Assembly (NCBI GenBank): GCA_002633005.1
Contig: NMRA01000869.1
Coordinates: 49,271 to 113,270, forward strand
Length of the DNA stretch: 64,000 nucleotides
Source of the DNA: Phoronis australis
Taxonomy: Eukaryota; Animalia; Phoronida
Reading direction: 5' to 3'
Shown: piece by piece, positions 1 through 12,937 of the stretch
Layout: each line of letters starts with the position of its first letter
Position numbering within the stretch: the stretch's first letter is position 1
Translations under genes and position numbers: made by a program
The notes under the pieces: generated by a model
Seen by the model: only the letters and a program-made list of their open reading frames with translations
The model's database searches: none
What the model was told of the DNA's origin: nothing

Positions 1-631
1 CTCTATATAAAGACACACTTAAGCATCAAACAACCAACTAATAACCTCTGCAATGTCAGTGTACTGACTACAGTAAAATCATCAAAGGTATCTGAGTTAA
101 AACACAAGTCAGTGGTTGATAAGGTGATACCATTGGAATAAGTGTTGTAACATCAACCCCAGCTTTAAGACTATTTTCACATCATTAATACACGTGTCAA
201 GTACAGACAGGATTTTGTGGCAACCCTCTTCAAAATGCGTAAGTCCCAGCTACCTCTGAACAATGTTTTTTATAATCTTTATTACGAAATCTCCGATACA
301 ATGAATATACATGACACAGAAAGCGCCAAGAGGCATTATATCTGGGTTTAAAAAGTACAAAGAAATCTATATACAATTACTTTACACAAATACATAAAGA
401 AAGAAATCTGTATACAATTATTTTACACAAATACATAATTTAAAACAAAAAAATGTTAAGATTACAATGACATGTGATCACGAAAGTAAATAAATCATTT
501 TCATACAAATTTATCAGTACAATTCTATCCACTCACACAAAGAAATTTAATATTATAAAGACATTTTGATGTAACTATTTCGAATAAAGCCTTATTTTCA
601 TTTGGGTTGACTTCTTGACTTCCATATAGAA

Positions 632-1642
632 AACAAGAGCAACGCGGAGCGTTGAAATGCGCCCACAATTGCACCGTATACGGTATCCTTCTAGAGTTGT
701 TTATTGGTACCATAAAGTGGCCAGTAGATGGCATATATGTAGTATGTTGTACTTTGCAAAATGGAAAGGCATGGTCATTATCTCCTCAATAGGATAGGGG
801 CAAAATGTTTGGTTGATAGAGGGATGGAATCCAAAAAACAGACTCAAAAACAGTAAAAATGGCCACTGGGTGTCGCAAACTAGGTCGAATCCATCCGAAA
901 ACGGGAGGATAGCGTCATCGCACTAATAGGTGCCTACATACCAAATTTCATGAAAATCCGTTCAGGACTTTTGAAGATACAAAGGTAAACGTAAAAAAAT
1001 AAAATTGCCACTCTGGGGCACACTGGTAGGCGGATCCGTCCAAGTCGCCATCGTCTGTTGTTAACATCATATACATACACTTATTAAATTTCATAAAGAT
1101 CCTGCGAATGGTTTAGGAGATACAGCCATAGGCGAAAAAAAACACAAAACTGTCACTAGGAGGCGCCACAGTAGTCCAAATCGTTTGAAAATCATTGTCA
1201 GCTGTCCTCTTTATAGTAAGCACATACATGCCAATTTTCACAATCATCCTTTGAGCGGTTTGGTTGATAGAGGGGTGGACGCAAAAATACAGACTCGAAA
1301 ACAATAAAAATGGCCACTAGGTGGCGAAAACTATGCCGAATCCATCTGAAAATGGAATAATAGCATCATCTCACTAATACGTGCCTACATACCAAATTTC
1401 ATGAAAATCCGTTCAGGACTTTTGAAGATACAAAGGTAAGCGTAAAAAACTAAAATTGCCACTAGGGGGCACACCGGTAGTCGGATCGCGCATGCCGTCT
1501 CATTCATGAATGGAACATATGTGCCACATTTCATGAACGTATGTCAAAGGGTTTTGGAAATAAAGAAGCGGACGCCGCCCGGACGGACGGACGGAGATGA
1601 CGGCATAATGCGTCCACATATAAATATGTGGGCGCATAAAAA
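632..1642 (+). mobile_element. Non-autonomous Helentron/HINE-like (pearl/DINE-1-type) element
   Basis: Starts AACAAGAGC. Subterminal atgcgcccac (657-666) is inverted against gtgggcgcat (1628-1637). Has diverged internal core repeats (ataccaaatttcatgaaaatcc, ccactagggggcac), a (ggac)n microsatellite at ~1581-1594 and a 3' hairpin at 1608-1637. Second copy at 35452-36330. Confidence 0.7.
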
Positions 1643-2094
1643 TCAATTTTGTTGTACACTTGCGGAGTTTCAGAATATTTTTTATGAATATTGGGGTTTT
1701 GTTGGAGTGTCTGGAAAAGCTGTACCCTCTGCTCCTTGCATATCTCACAAGATGAAAAATGTTTTTATGACGTCATTATTATGGGTTTCAATTCAAACTT
1801 CAATATCCTCACGATGGACCTCCATGCCAAAGATTGTCGTCTGCAAACATAAAAATTAAGCACGCTGTGGAAAGCCCATTTCCCATAGAAAAACACAACC
1901 ACCAAATCCTTCCAGGATATCATCTACCTTACACATATACATCAAGGCAACTATGACCAACCAGACAACCAAAAGTCTGTTACACATAGTTGCAAGTTCG
2001 GTCCTCACTGCTGTCATTACTTGGGTACAGATATAACACTGATAACGAACAGAGCTTGGGATAAATAATATCCCATTACAAGATTTGGTAGTTC

Positions 2095-2442
2095 GGACCC
2101 TTCAGCTGGAATCATGGGGAAGGACCCTTGAGCTGGGATCATGATGATGGACCCTTCAGTTGGGATCATGGTGATGGACCCTTCAGCTGGGATTATGGTG
2201 ACAGACCCTTCAGCTGGGATCATGGTGATGNATGGTGATGGATCCTTCAGCTGGGATCATGGTGATGGATCCTTCAGCTGGGATCATGGTGATCGATCCT
2301 TCAGCTGGGATCATGGTGATGGATCCTTCAGCTGGGATCATGGTGATGGATTCTTCAGCTGGAACAAGGTGATGGATTTTTCAGCTGGGATCATTATGAT
2401 AGACCCTTCAGCTGGGATCATAGTGATGGACCCTTCAGCTGG
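2095..2442. repeat. 27-bp minisatellite in the FBXL6 3' UTR region
   Basis: Tandem gacccttcagctgggatcatggtgatg units. Source of the spurious 9-aa-periodic ORFs. Confidence 0.95.
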
Positions 2443-2475
2443 TGTGAATCATTAATTCGAATCATGGTGGATCTA

Positions 2476-2614
2476 TCAGCTGATGACTTCTGCCAAATTT
2501 TCACGAAGACGTTTAAGGTCATCCCCGCAGTAGAGACTCTTCATACCTCGCGGCAATCCACGACATGAAGACAGATCCAGACGATTAAGTCTGCTACACG
2601 TGACCAACAGACGT
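2476..2614 (-). CDS. FBXL6: FBXL6-like F-box/LRR protein, last coding exon
   Basis: ttccag acceptor, phase 2. RLLVTCSRLNRLDLSSCRGLPRGMKSLYCGDDLKRLRENLAEVIS-TGA matches the FBXL6 C-terminal LxSCRxLPRGxK motif. Confidence 0.88.
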
Positions 2615-3186
2615 CTGGAAATAAATGTGAAATGTGAATTTTGACTACTCTATTTGAGAAGCTGTATCAAATATAAGTGACAAATATAATGAAAAGTGCT
2701 TCTAAAACATGACTTAACTCAACAAATCATATAGACCACGAGTCCCAGTCTTGAAAAGTCTAATGTTCTTGCAGCACGACCTTTCAATGTCCGAATAGAA
2801 ACCATACCATGAATTTTTGTGAATTTGACACTGAAAAATATAGTAAATGTTACGCAACAAACAAGTCAGCCGTTTGATAATAGTGATCGAATTTCACAAT
2901 AATATTCTATAAAAAACAGGGATTTCTCAATCAGTTTTACCTTTAATCCTGATCACTTTACAAAGGAAACATTACGTTCAACATGAGACGTGTCACAGAT
3001 TCATATTTTCTGATCACGTTTGCCTTAACGGAATCAAAATGACCCCAGCAGGTGAAGACATTAAACAACTTGGTATTTCAAGTCTCAATCTTTTCAAAAT
3101 TATTCATTGGACAACTTTCGAAGGATACATTTAATCAAGTCTGACCATGTGTCATTTACACAAAAACGTATTTACAAAATCATCAC

Positions 3187-3338
3187 CTGACTCCGTCTTC
3201 TATAATGGCCGTCCCACACAAGTTTAACGTAGTCAGCTGACTGTCATGTGACTTGCACAGTTCATCAACAACCTTTATCATATCTTGTTCAGAGCTTGTG
3301 TTCCAGCCAAGGTCAAGTTCTGCTATGCTCTCTCTCCA
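3187..3338 (-). CDS. FBXL6: FBXL6-like exon (LRR)
   Basis: cag/gt boundaries, phase 0-2. WRESIAELDLGWNTSSEQDMIKVVDELCKSHDSQLTTLNLCGTAIIEDGV. Confidence 0.85.
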
Positions 3339-4736
3339 CTGAAGCAGATTTGGAACATGGACTGAACTTGGGAAAATTAGACATCAACTATGCTACATCT
3401 CATTAAATTGCGAATATGCAAATGAAGTACTAGTTAACAAACAAGCATGGGTCTTCCGTCCGGTGTGCTGGAAACCATCAGAAAACCAGTTACCATTACA
3501 ATTACAATCTCGTGAAAGTCTCGGTTTTGGGAAACTGTTATCACATAACTGAGTATGGTAATATGTAATCGTTACCCTAATAAAACATGGCACGGTTTTT
3601 ATTTGCTCATTTCACAATCATATAATGAAGGCGTAATATTTGGAATTCCTAGTGTTTTCTATATGTTTACACTTCTTTTTGTGTGCATCAGTCTTGGCGT
3701 TTTCTCTAAAGCCATATTTTATTGACAAATTATTGCTTTTCTGGATTATACGGTCTAGTACAATTCTCCAGGAAGTCACAAGGTGGCGCTTGCTACAAAT
3801 TTAAATATTCATGGTTTTATGAGACATAGCATCTTTAACTAATGTTTAAACATACAAAAACGATGGCTACTGTCAGCATTGATATTAGTGAGTGAGAACC
3901 CCTTTTGGTGGCCTGAAAAACAACTTCAAGCAACACTACTTATTTCACAAGGTAATAACTAAAGATGGAGCAGGTAAGTAGAAATTCTCAACAAAAATTG
4001 GCAATCAGAACAAGCTAGTAAAAAATTTTGAATGCTTTACATAGCTGTACATTTTTGTTCAGATTATCATAATAGTCTTAAATAGTACACATTTTTGAAA
4101 ATTCAAGAATCAACAGTGTGGCAATCAAATGACACAAATTGTTGTCAGAGCCAAGTGAAATCAATTCTAGTGAATCCCATTAACATTTACTAATTGTACA
4201 CAATAGCACAATGGTCTGTGTAGAATTCTAGGATTGCAGAGAATGTACTCATGGTCAGTGACAACTTGACACATCTCAAAATGTCATAGAGAACTCACAA
4301 CTGTCAAAAGCTTTTTCAGTACGTTTTGCATGACTAAGTAGTTCACACTCAATTTGCTGTTAGTCACAACATATTTAATCTCAGTGATAACGATGAATTC
4401 CATATTTTACGCTTTGTTAAAAGAGGAACCATCACTTTGTGCAAAAGCAAATCCAACAGAACACTAACAGCTTACTTGACTCAGCAAATTTCTCACACAT
4501 CATCATAGAATTCTCAAAATGTCACAGAACTTTAGGCAAAACAAGTTCTGTCACAGAATGTCATCATGCCAAAGAGAGTGTTACTGAGCCTAGCTTTGCT
4601 GGGGCAAACAAGTTTTAGTCTTGTTTGAAGTTTGAAATTGGAACCAGACCTGATTATTGCTGCAATAGGGACCTTTATTCATGACTTGTGAAAAACAAAC
4701 TGAATTAAAGTTTATGTGAATAAACATTGACATTAC

Positions 4737-4905
4737 CTTTGCAAGCACTTGGGCCAGGTCACCTATTCTCAAGTAGCCAGGAGAGCAGTGACTCAGATAA
4801 AGTCGTTGCAGGTGAGAGACTGGTACTCTGGACAAGCCAAGGGCGGAAAAGTTACGGCAGCACCTGGCTTCCAACAGTGAGAGCTTGGTGGAGGTCTTGA
4901 GTAAC
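4737..4905 (-). CDS. FBXL6: FBXL6-like exon (LRR)
   Basis: ttag/gtaat boundaries, phase 2-0. LLKTSTKLSLLEARCCRNFSALGLSRVPVSHLQRLYLSHCSPGYLRIGDLAQVLAK. Confidence 0.85.
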
Positions 4906-5272
4906 CTAAGAGGAGAAATGGACACCCTTGTTTGTAGTTAGCTTACACTGTTGTACACTATGTGTCACTGCAGTAGATGACTGCGGCAGTGTAGAGTCAG
5001 GAGAAGTAAAAAATGTTGAATCATGGTGACAAATCTTCAATTCACAATGTTAGTAGTTAGTAAACACCGGTGTACACTAGGTGCACAAAGTCATGAGAGA
5101 TGAAAACTGTTGAATCTTAATTGGGGGACGTCATCAATGAATTCAGAATGCTCGAAAGAAATGAGCAGAGATTTAGTAAACAAGTTTAATATCATTTGAT
5201 TTGACAAAATAAAAGCAATCAAACGCATTCATGACAAATGCTGTACAACTACAGACGTGTGCACAATAAGAG

Positions 5273-5597
5273 CAAACTCATTGTTAACAAACTGTTGTCA
5301 TTCAAAGGCTAAAGAGGTTCAATTTTAATGGCGTGTTCACTTTCTACAGACCACAGTATAGCACTGCAAATAAACGTTTTTGTTTAAATGTAGACAGTGC
5401 TATTACTGACAGTTATCTCCTCAGTCTGATACCAAACTCATTGTTAACAAACTGTTGTCATTCAAAGGCTAAACAGGTTCAATTTTAATGGTGGGTTCAC
5501 TTTCTACAGACCACAGTATAGCACTGCAAATAAACGTTTTTGTTTAAATGTAGACAGTGCTATTACTGCCAGTTATCTCCTCTGTCTAATACCAAAC
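5273..5597. repeat. 160-bp tandem duplication (2 copies), intronic
   Basis: caaactcattgttaacaaactg... starts at 5273 and again at 5433, nearly identical. Confidence 0.9.
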
Positions 5598-6410
5598 AAA
5601 GCAAGCCAGTCACAAAAGCCCACAAGTTATGATAAGTTGCTATACGTGTACATATCCAAACCTCTAACAGGCTCCGGTATTAACAAAATTTCGGTCAATA
5701 AGCACACTTCAGTCTGGAATCAAAACCGACTCCGCGAGATAATTCTGAAGAGGTGGATTTGAAAACGAAGTACAGTGTATCAAAACTTCACCACAGTGGG
5801 AGCACATAATAACTTCGATGCCATCAGAGGTACATGGGCAGGACTTATTGTGCTTGCTAACAGAGGGTGGTGAGTGGTAAATATCTGTTACCATTTTGTT
5901 CTAGTATTCACCATCTTGAGTTTAAGTATGCTATATGGATTTGTTACATTACATCACTGTTACCATTTTTTTCCACAACTCACCAATGTGATAATCATTG
6001 AACACCAAAGCTGATGGGAGCGTCAATTTTCAACTTGGTGGTTAACCACAGTTAACATCAAAGCTTTGATAGTAAGGGAGTTAACTGCATGGAAAGTAAC
6101 TTAAGAAACATTCATTCAATATTGTCAGTTGGGAAATGAGTCTTATCGTCATGATTAAAATTAAAATAAGAAAGTCCCATTTTTAAGACCGCCACAAAAA
6201 CGAACATGTGAACTACCCGTAGCTACTGCATCATCAAATGTGAAACTTGCTAAACAAACAAAATAAATATACCGTGCTCAAGATATTTAAATTACCCCAC
6301 ACTAGAGATCAACATACAGTTTGGTCAGAGAATTTCATTTTAAGCATTTGGTGGCGTTATCATATGAAAAAGTAAAGATTATGGAAATTTTGGTAAAAAA
6401 GTGAAGATAC

Positions 6411-6505
6411 CTGTAGAGAACGTCATCAGTAACACAGGAGGTGCGTATTGATGGGTTTATACCTATGCACAGCTGCTTCAGGTGAACAAATCCAGGTGAG
6501 TTCGT
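6411..6505 (-). CDS. FBXL6: FBXL6-like exon (LRR)
   Basis: ttcag/gtatc boundaries, phase 0-2. TNSPGFVHLKQLCIGINPSIRTSCVTDDVLY resembles FBXL6 PGFPxLEELCL...VSNEVL. Confidence 0.85.
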
Positions 6506-6557
6506 CTGAAACACATCACAATGACACTCTACAGCATTCAGAGCAAGTGAACTGTAA

Positions 6558-6935
6558 CTTGGTGTAGACAGGTTCTGCAGTCTAATAAGGGAACCATACC
6601 TTGGTGTAGAGATGTTCTAGAGTCTATTTATTGAATTATACCTTGGTGTAGAGAGGTTCTATAGTCTATTTATTGAATTATACCTTGGTGTAGAGAGGTT
6701 CTACAGTCTATTTATTGAATTATACCTTGGTGTAGAGAGGTTCTACAGCATATTTATTGAATTATACCTTGGTGTAGAGAGGTTCTACAGTCTATTTATT
6801 GAATAATACCTTGGTGTATGATTGCTCTTCAGTCTAGTTAGTGCACAATACCTTGGTGTAGGGATGTTATCAAATCTAGACAGTAAACTATACATTGGTT
6901 TAGAGACATTCTATAGTCCAGTTAGTGAACTATAC
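6558..6935. repeat. 42-bp minisatellite, intronic
   Basis: Tandem ataccttggtgtagagaggttctacagtctatttattgaatt with degenerate edges. Confidence 0.92.
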
Positions 6936-7652
6936 TGCAGACAAGAAGAACATAGAGTTCCTCATCAGTAAAGCAAATTTACAACCACTAAAATCAGACA
7001 CAAACTAAAGACATCAAAGAAAACTATGAAATGTCAAATTTGAGAAACCTAATGTATTTTTGGGCCTCAGGCTTCCCTCAATGGTTTGAAAAGTTTACTA
7101 TTCGCAGAACGTTGGTCACAACTGGAATTTACAAAAATAGGCTCACCCAAAAGTACATCCTTGTGCATATTTTCAGAAAGTACACGCATGTTTTGAAAAT
7201 CTTATGATGGATAGTTCTTCAGTACATAGCAATGTAATATGTTCTGATGTAAAATTATGTTCACTTTGACAAGACATACTTTGGGACGGCACTTTCATTC
7301 AAATGATTTTCATTCAATGAGATACTAGGTGACCTTGACCTTATTAACACAGTATGAAGTACAGTGTTACAACACAATGTGTTTGCTGAACAGGAAACAA
7401 GAATGGTCGAATGAATTTCTCACTGATAAGAAACAGCGACATGTATGAAAAACTAAAGGATGTTTACTTTACACTGCATTATGAAATGTTAAACAGTTTC
7501 CAAAAAAAACAGATATATATTCGGCTATATATATACTTGGGGTCTTTAAATGGTCGTTTTCCAACAATCTGGCCATGTGCCTATTTTTTAATTTCCGATA
7601 CAGAGGATCATCAAGCATCATCAAATTCTGAAGTGAGATACTTTCAACTTAC

Positions 7653-7811
7653 CACCTGTGCGACAGTGGCTGAAGATGGGCGGAATGGCGTACAGGTAAG
7701 GTTCAAAGTCTCCAATAGAGGGCAGCCCTGCTGCAGTCGTTCAATGTCCAAGATCATGCAGTCTTTGAGGGAGCCAGATATGTCAAGAGCTTTCAAGTTC
7801 CGGCAGTTAGT
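7653..7811 (-). CDS. FBXL6: FBXL6-like exon (LRR)
   Basis: ttcag/gtaag boundaries, phase 0-0. TNCRNLKALDISGSLKDCMILDIERLQQGCPLLETLNLTCTPFRPSSATVAQV contains the ExLQxGCPxLxxL motif of FBXL6. Confidence 0.88.
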
Positions 7812-8029
7812 CTGAAACCAGCCAAATGTTCAGAATAGAGTTTCAAACAAGAAATAAAGTCACTAGTGGACTAATGATTTTCATCATGACAGGGCATGGG
7901 TTTAAACACTAAAGTGGACAACTGTCGGTCAACAATTATCACATGGCAACTTAAAGCATAGAAAATATCACTACAGTATGCATTACTAGACTAAACCGGC
8001 AGCACAATGTGTCATTCTAAATTCAAATA

Positions 8030-9492
8030 CCGTATTTGTCCAGATTGCCGCCCAGGGTGCATAAATTCGGAATCTAAAGAACAGGGGTGGGCGATAAGCG
8101 GAGCATGGCCAGTTAAAATCAAAACTTTTGAGCTGGGATTGGGTGCTTACTGCACAATGGAACGATTTTACCCTCTCGGGGCTACACTGAGGTCGGACTT
8201 GAAGCATACCAGTTAACATATTGAAGTACTGGAATTCAACGGTCTGAAGTGGAATAGCGCACATGACCAGTGGCACTTTGATCCTTAACGTGATTGAGTT
8301 TTTACTGTGCTCGTCATCTCTTAGAATCAAGGTATTCCTACAGGTAGGCGTGTGTTCAGTAGGGCAAGTTTCTTGAGAGAACAGTATGATCACGCAAGAC
8401 TGCACTAGTTAAATATGCATGTTTAAGAAAAGCACAGGATTTCATAAAGATTTGCTTCCTGCGAGAATTTGGTACTTGTACAAAGCAAGTACTCAACAAT
8501 CCGATGATACAACTATTAGGCAATAGGGGTCCACGGTCGACTGGAAAAATAACGAAGCAAAAACACATCATGTAAAGTCATCAGGTAAATCGAGAGTTAA
8601 AAACAGTCACGTTTTTGATCATATGAATGCAGACAGAATGGTCGTCTTGAGCTTAGTGACAAGTTGACTTCCTGCGCTGTTGCTTTTGACTGGGCACTTC
8701 CATTTTGGTGTCAGGAGTGCAAGTCATTAAAACATGCATTAAACCAAGACAGGGAACAGTGAGACCAGTTGCTTGTTACGATGGTTCGTGTCTGCTTGTA
8801 CTCAAAACAATGCCACAGTTTCGCCTTTTACTGTGCTGTACGTAGTTACCATCACTATAGATGTGACTAGGTACAATGTGTCGGTGAAGTGCCGAAGTGC
8901 GACATTGAACCTGACAATACAATTATTCCTAAGCGGCTTCCATCCAAAATAACCTCAGTGAAGTTTCCAGTATCGTTGGTCATGCAACAGCCGAGCGTCC
9001 CCTTGGTTGTTCTTATTTCATTGCTCATGGCTGTGACCTTTCTTGTAATGTCAGGGGAAGTCACAAAATTATAGGCCGCGGACTTAAAATTCCTGTCAAG
9101 TACCACTTTGCTGGTTCTTCCACAGCAATGAAATAAATTTGTCTCAGTAATCACTCCATGCTGACACAAGTTCAGAGAGAGAGCCAAAGGAAACAATTGT
9201 GTCGCCTTCAGCAAAGAGCATGAGAATGTAAGTATTTTAAAACCTTTAGCAAAGCAAGCTCCCGGTTCCACAAAAACTGACTGACAGTCACCACAAGGTA
9301 AGTGAGTTGTGCACGTTTTGCACTCATGGATTTGTGCTACAAGCGTTCACAAAAGCAGACACTTTAATGAAGTCTTGATCAGGAAAAATCGGGGGTGGGC
9401 AATAAGCCGAGCAAGGCATACAAAAATAAAAAATTGAGAATTTTGGGGGTGGGTGGTAAGTTGAGCAAGGGCGGTAAACTGGATGAGTACAG
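8030..9492. mobile_element. pogo/Tigger-like (Tc1/mariner) non-autonomous DNA transposon
   Basis: TA|ccgtatttgtccagattgccgc at the left end. gcggtaaactggatgagtacag|TA at the right end is its imperfect inverted repeat. Subterminal ggggtgggcRataagc motifs occur near both ends. Confidence 0.65.
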
Positions 9493-9662
9493 TAAGCTTC
9501 AGTGCACCAACATTCTGCAATATTTAATGTCAAAGCAGTAATCGCTGAGACTCAGACAACTAAATTTTGCTCAAACTGCTTTCAATTAATATAATTGATG
9601 AAATCATAAAATTCGCTTTCAGGCTCTTAAAATAAAACGAGACATCTTGACTCTCAACTCAC

Positions 9663-9788
9663 CATTAACGATGTAAGCACTGATGAGCTGAGTGACATCA
9701 CGGCATTGCGAGAAATGTCAAAATGGGTCAGACGTTCACCCATACTGTCAATGACAAACCTCAGGCACTTGGTGGACATGACATCACC
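9663..9788 (-). CDS. FBXL6: FBXL6-like exon (LRR)
   Basis: ttcag/gtgag boundaries, phase 0-0. GDVMSTKCLRFVIDSMGERLTHFDISRNAVMSLSSSVLTSLM. Confidence 0.8.
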
Positions 9789-10014
9789 CTGAATTTCGTA
9801 GAAACAAACGTTCATAGAAACTGACTTATGCATATACATAGGCAATACACTTTGCCAAGTTAACCATTTAACAGGAAGAAAGATGCATACACACAACAAT
9901 ATAATTAGTCAGAACATTTCATGTTCATGGATGTCTTGTTTTCTTCCACACACCCAAAATACATCAAAATACCACTACTTTTACTAAGTGTTAGTGTTTC
10001 AGAATTCACCTTGG

Positions 10015-10425
10015 ACACAGCTCCACCTGGGGAGAGAACGGACCCAGGTATCAAAGAGTTACTGGCAGAGTACTGATTAATGTTACATCAACACAGCTCC
10101 ACCTGGTGAGAGAACGAACCTAGGTAATACATCAACACAGTTCCACCTGTTGAAAGAGTTGAAGAGTTCCTGTCAGAGTGCTGTGTTCAATGTTACATCG
10201 ACACAGATCTGCCAGGTAATAGAATGGACCTAAGTATCAAAGAGTTACTGGCAGAGTACTGTTTAATGTTACATAAGACAGCTCCACCTGGTGAGAGAAC
10301 GAACCTAGTTATCATAGAGTTACTGGCAGAGTACTGTTTAATGATACATCAACACAGCTCCACCTGGTGAGAGAATGAACCTAGGTATCACAGAGTTACT
10401 GTCAGAGTACAGTTAATGTTACATC
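10015..10425. repeat. ~78-bp minisatellite, intronic
   Basis: Repeated acacagctccacctggtgagagaacgaacctaggtatcaaagagttactggcagagtactg...gttacatca units. Confidence 0.88.
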
Positions 10426-10786
10426 CACTCCGAAACAACTGAGGGCTGTTCCAGCAAAATCTGTGTAAATCCAGAATGTAAAGCAATATTTCATAATCGG
10501 TAGACATATGTTGGCTGGTCAATACAGAGTGCACAACATTATTTTATTTTCACATTATATAGTACATGTATATTGTAAGATGGTAACCAATAGCTACATG
10601 TATTTGTATTAAAAGAAGCAGTTACTAGTTAAGCCCTAGTGACGTTACCCACTGTGAATAAATAACCCGACACAATATGGAGGGAACTTAGCTACATGAC
10701 TGACTGAATCGAGTGCAATTCAGGTGTTACCCCTCCAACTGAAAGCAACACATGAGAGTTTAAAAAGGACTCGGCATGTGCAAGCT

Positions 10787-11345
10787 ATGTTTCACTTGAT
10801 GGGTGCGTTTCACTGGGCAGAAGGTGTGTTTCACTGGGCAGAAGGTGCATATCATTTGGCAGATAGTGTGTTTCACTGGGCAGAAGGTGCGTTTCATTTT
10901 GCAGGAGGACTGTTTCACTGGGCAGAAGGTGTGTTTCACTGGACAGAAGGTGTTTCACTGGGCAGTAGGTGTATTTCACTGGGCAGGTGTGCTTCATTTA
11001 GCACAAGGTGTGCTTCAATAGGCAGGTGTGTTTCACTGGGCAGAAGGTGTTTCACTGGACAGATAGTGTGCTTCATTTGGCACAAGGTGTGCTTCACTGG
11101 GCAGAAGGGGTGTTTAACTAAGCAGAAGGTGTGCTTCACTGGGCAGAAGGTGCGTTTCACTAAGCAGGTGTGTTTCACTGGGCAGAAGGTGTGTTTCATC
11201 AGGAAGATGATGTGTTTCACTGGGCACAAGGGGTGTTTCATTTGGCAGAATGTGTGTTTCACTTGACAGAAGATGCGTTTCACTTTGCAGAAGATGTATT
11301 ACAGTTGGCAGGTGTTTCATTTGGCAGAAGGTGATGTTCACTTAG
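10787..11345. repeat. ~21-bp degenerate minisatellite, intronic
   Basis: Tandem gtgtttcactgggcagaaggt variants. Source of several overlapping periodic ORFs. Confidence 0.92.
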
Positions 11346-12180
11346 CATGAGGCATGCTTCTCACAGCACATGTGTAACACATCACGGAGTAGAGTGCAAA
11401 ACCCCAAAGACTATCACTGTAATCAAAAACACCCTCTTCTACCAGTGCACATGTACTTCATTACTACTGAAGCTGAACACATTCAGGTAACTCTCAAGGT
11501 ATAACCAACTGTCAGTACAGTACAGTACACTACAATATAGTTTTCAAAATAAACTGGACAGTGGCAATATTCAGCAAAGTTTCGATGTATAAACAGCAAC
11601 CAAATAGCCAGGTCGCCAATACAACCTCATATCGTGTTTGGCGAAATAGGAAAAATCTTAAGTCACCACTCTTACAATAATTACCCCAAAGCTCTATCGA
11701 CTTCCACTCTTTAAATTACTAACACCTTTCCAAGATTCACTTCCTTTGTTTCAAAGTGTTGTACCGATTATTTCATGAGTGAATTTTCCACCACAGAAGA
11801 TAGTACACGCCAAACAAGCACTTATGTAACAACATGCAGTGAACAGATGGAAGTCAGATTTGTTCAGCAAAAATCAGGCAATATCAGTGCAGTAGGCGCC
11901 AGCACTGTATGGGATCATCTGCGTTGAACTTCTATGTTTGTTTGTTGGTGGGAGGAATGGGGAATAAATTGGAGAGGTACCTGTAAAACACAGAGAATGG
12001 GGCACAAGACAACTGAACGTACAAACTGTGTACAGTTGATGATAAAAATGCTGGATCAGCAACCTCAGAATATCATTTGGCGACCTCAGATTTCGTTTGG
12101 AGACATGGCTTTTTTGTCAAGTCACCAAATGTGACTTGGCGTTAACCTAACCATCGAGCTCTGTACTTTGTTGAAGTAGG

Positions 12181-12572
12181 AATAACTTATAAATGAAGTC
12201 TATTCACTGAGTAGGTGGTATAACATCATCCTCAGGTTTTGGTATTTATAGTGATTTAGATAACTTATCAAGGAAGTCTATTAACAGACTGGTCTAGGTG
12301 CAATGACATCATAACCAGGTTTTGGTATTTATAGTGAGTTAGATAACTTATCAAGTAAGTCTATTAACAGACTGGTCTAGGTGCAATGACATCATAACCA
12401 GTTTTGGTATTTATAGTGAGTTAGACAACTTATCAAGGAAGTCTATTAACAGACTGGTCTAGGTCTAATGACATCATAACCAGGTTTTGATACTCTAATA
12501 TCGTGAGTTAGACAACTTACCGAGGAAGTTAATTCAAAGACTAGGTGTGATAACACCATCCCCAGGTTTTGA
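12181..12572. repeat. ~79-bp minisatellite, intronic
   Basis: Repeated agataacttatcaaggaagtctattaacagactggtctaggtgcaatgacatcataaccaggttttggtatttatagtgagtt. Confidence 0.88.
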
Positions 12573-12700
12573 TACTTCAATATGACCAGTTACTGTTCTT
12601 AATTACTCTAAAACCGTTGAGTTTATGCCATTCAAAACATCAAAAAGTCCAATGTCTGCGTCTGTGTTCTCCTTTGAATGTTTGTCAACGAATTACAAAC

Positions 12701-12937
12701 CTGCATAAGAAAGGAACCGCACCTTCAATCTCCACGACAAAAGAGAAAACATGATGAAGCAACTCTATAGGCATGTGACCCCACCATCCCTGTTCTTGGA
12801 CACACAGACCTCTGGCTTGTTTTGCTGTCTTCTTTGACTCCGAAGGTGAGTGGCTGTCTACTTCATGAGGAACTTTTGATCTCAGCTGTCTTTTACGTTT
12901 GGCACAACTTTTCTTGACGATATGTCCTTCAGAACGA
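12701..12937 (-). CDS. FBXL6: FBXL6-like exon containing the F-box start
   Basis: ttttag/gtttgt boundaries, phase 2-2. Basic RKR stretch, then WGHMPIELLHHVFSFVVEIEGAVPFLCR, which resembles FBXL6 WGxxIPLEILxxIFxxLVxxxGPMPFLGR. Confidence 0.9.

Noticed and set aside
2017-2455. DPSAGIMVM-repeat ORFs
   Set aside because: 27-bp minisatellite downstream of the FBXL6 stop codon.
10724-11341. Overlapping 70-180 aa ORFs on both strands
   Set aside because: Translations of a 21-bp intronic minisatellite.
12521-12607. Candidate for the missing FBXL6 exon (ttttag...gtaagt)
   Set aside because: Has a stop in the required phase, no F-box similarity, and overlaps the 79-bp repeat.
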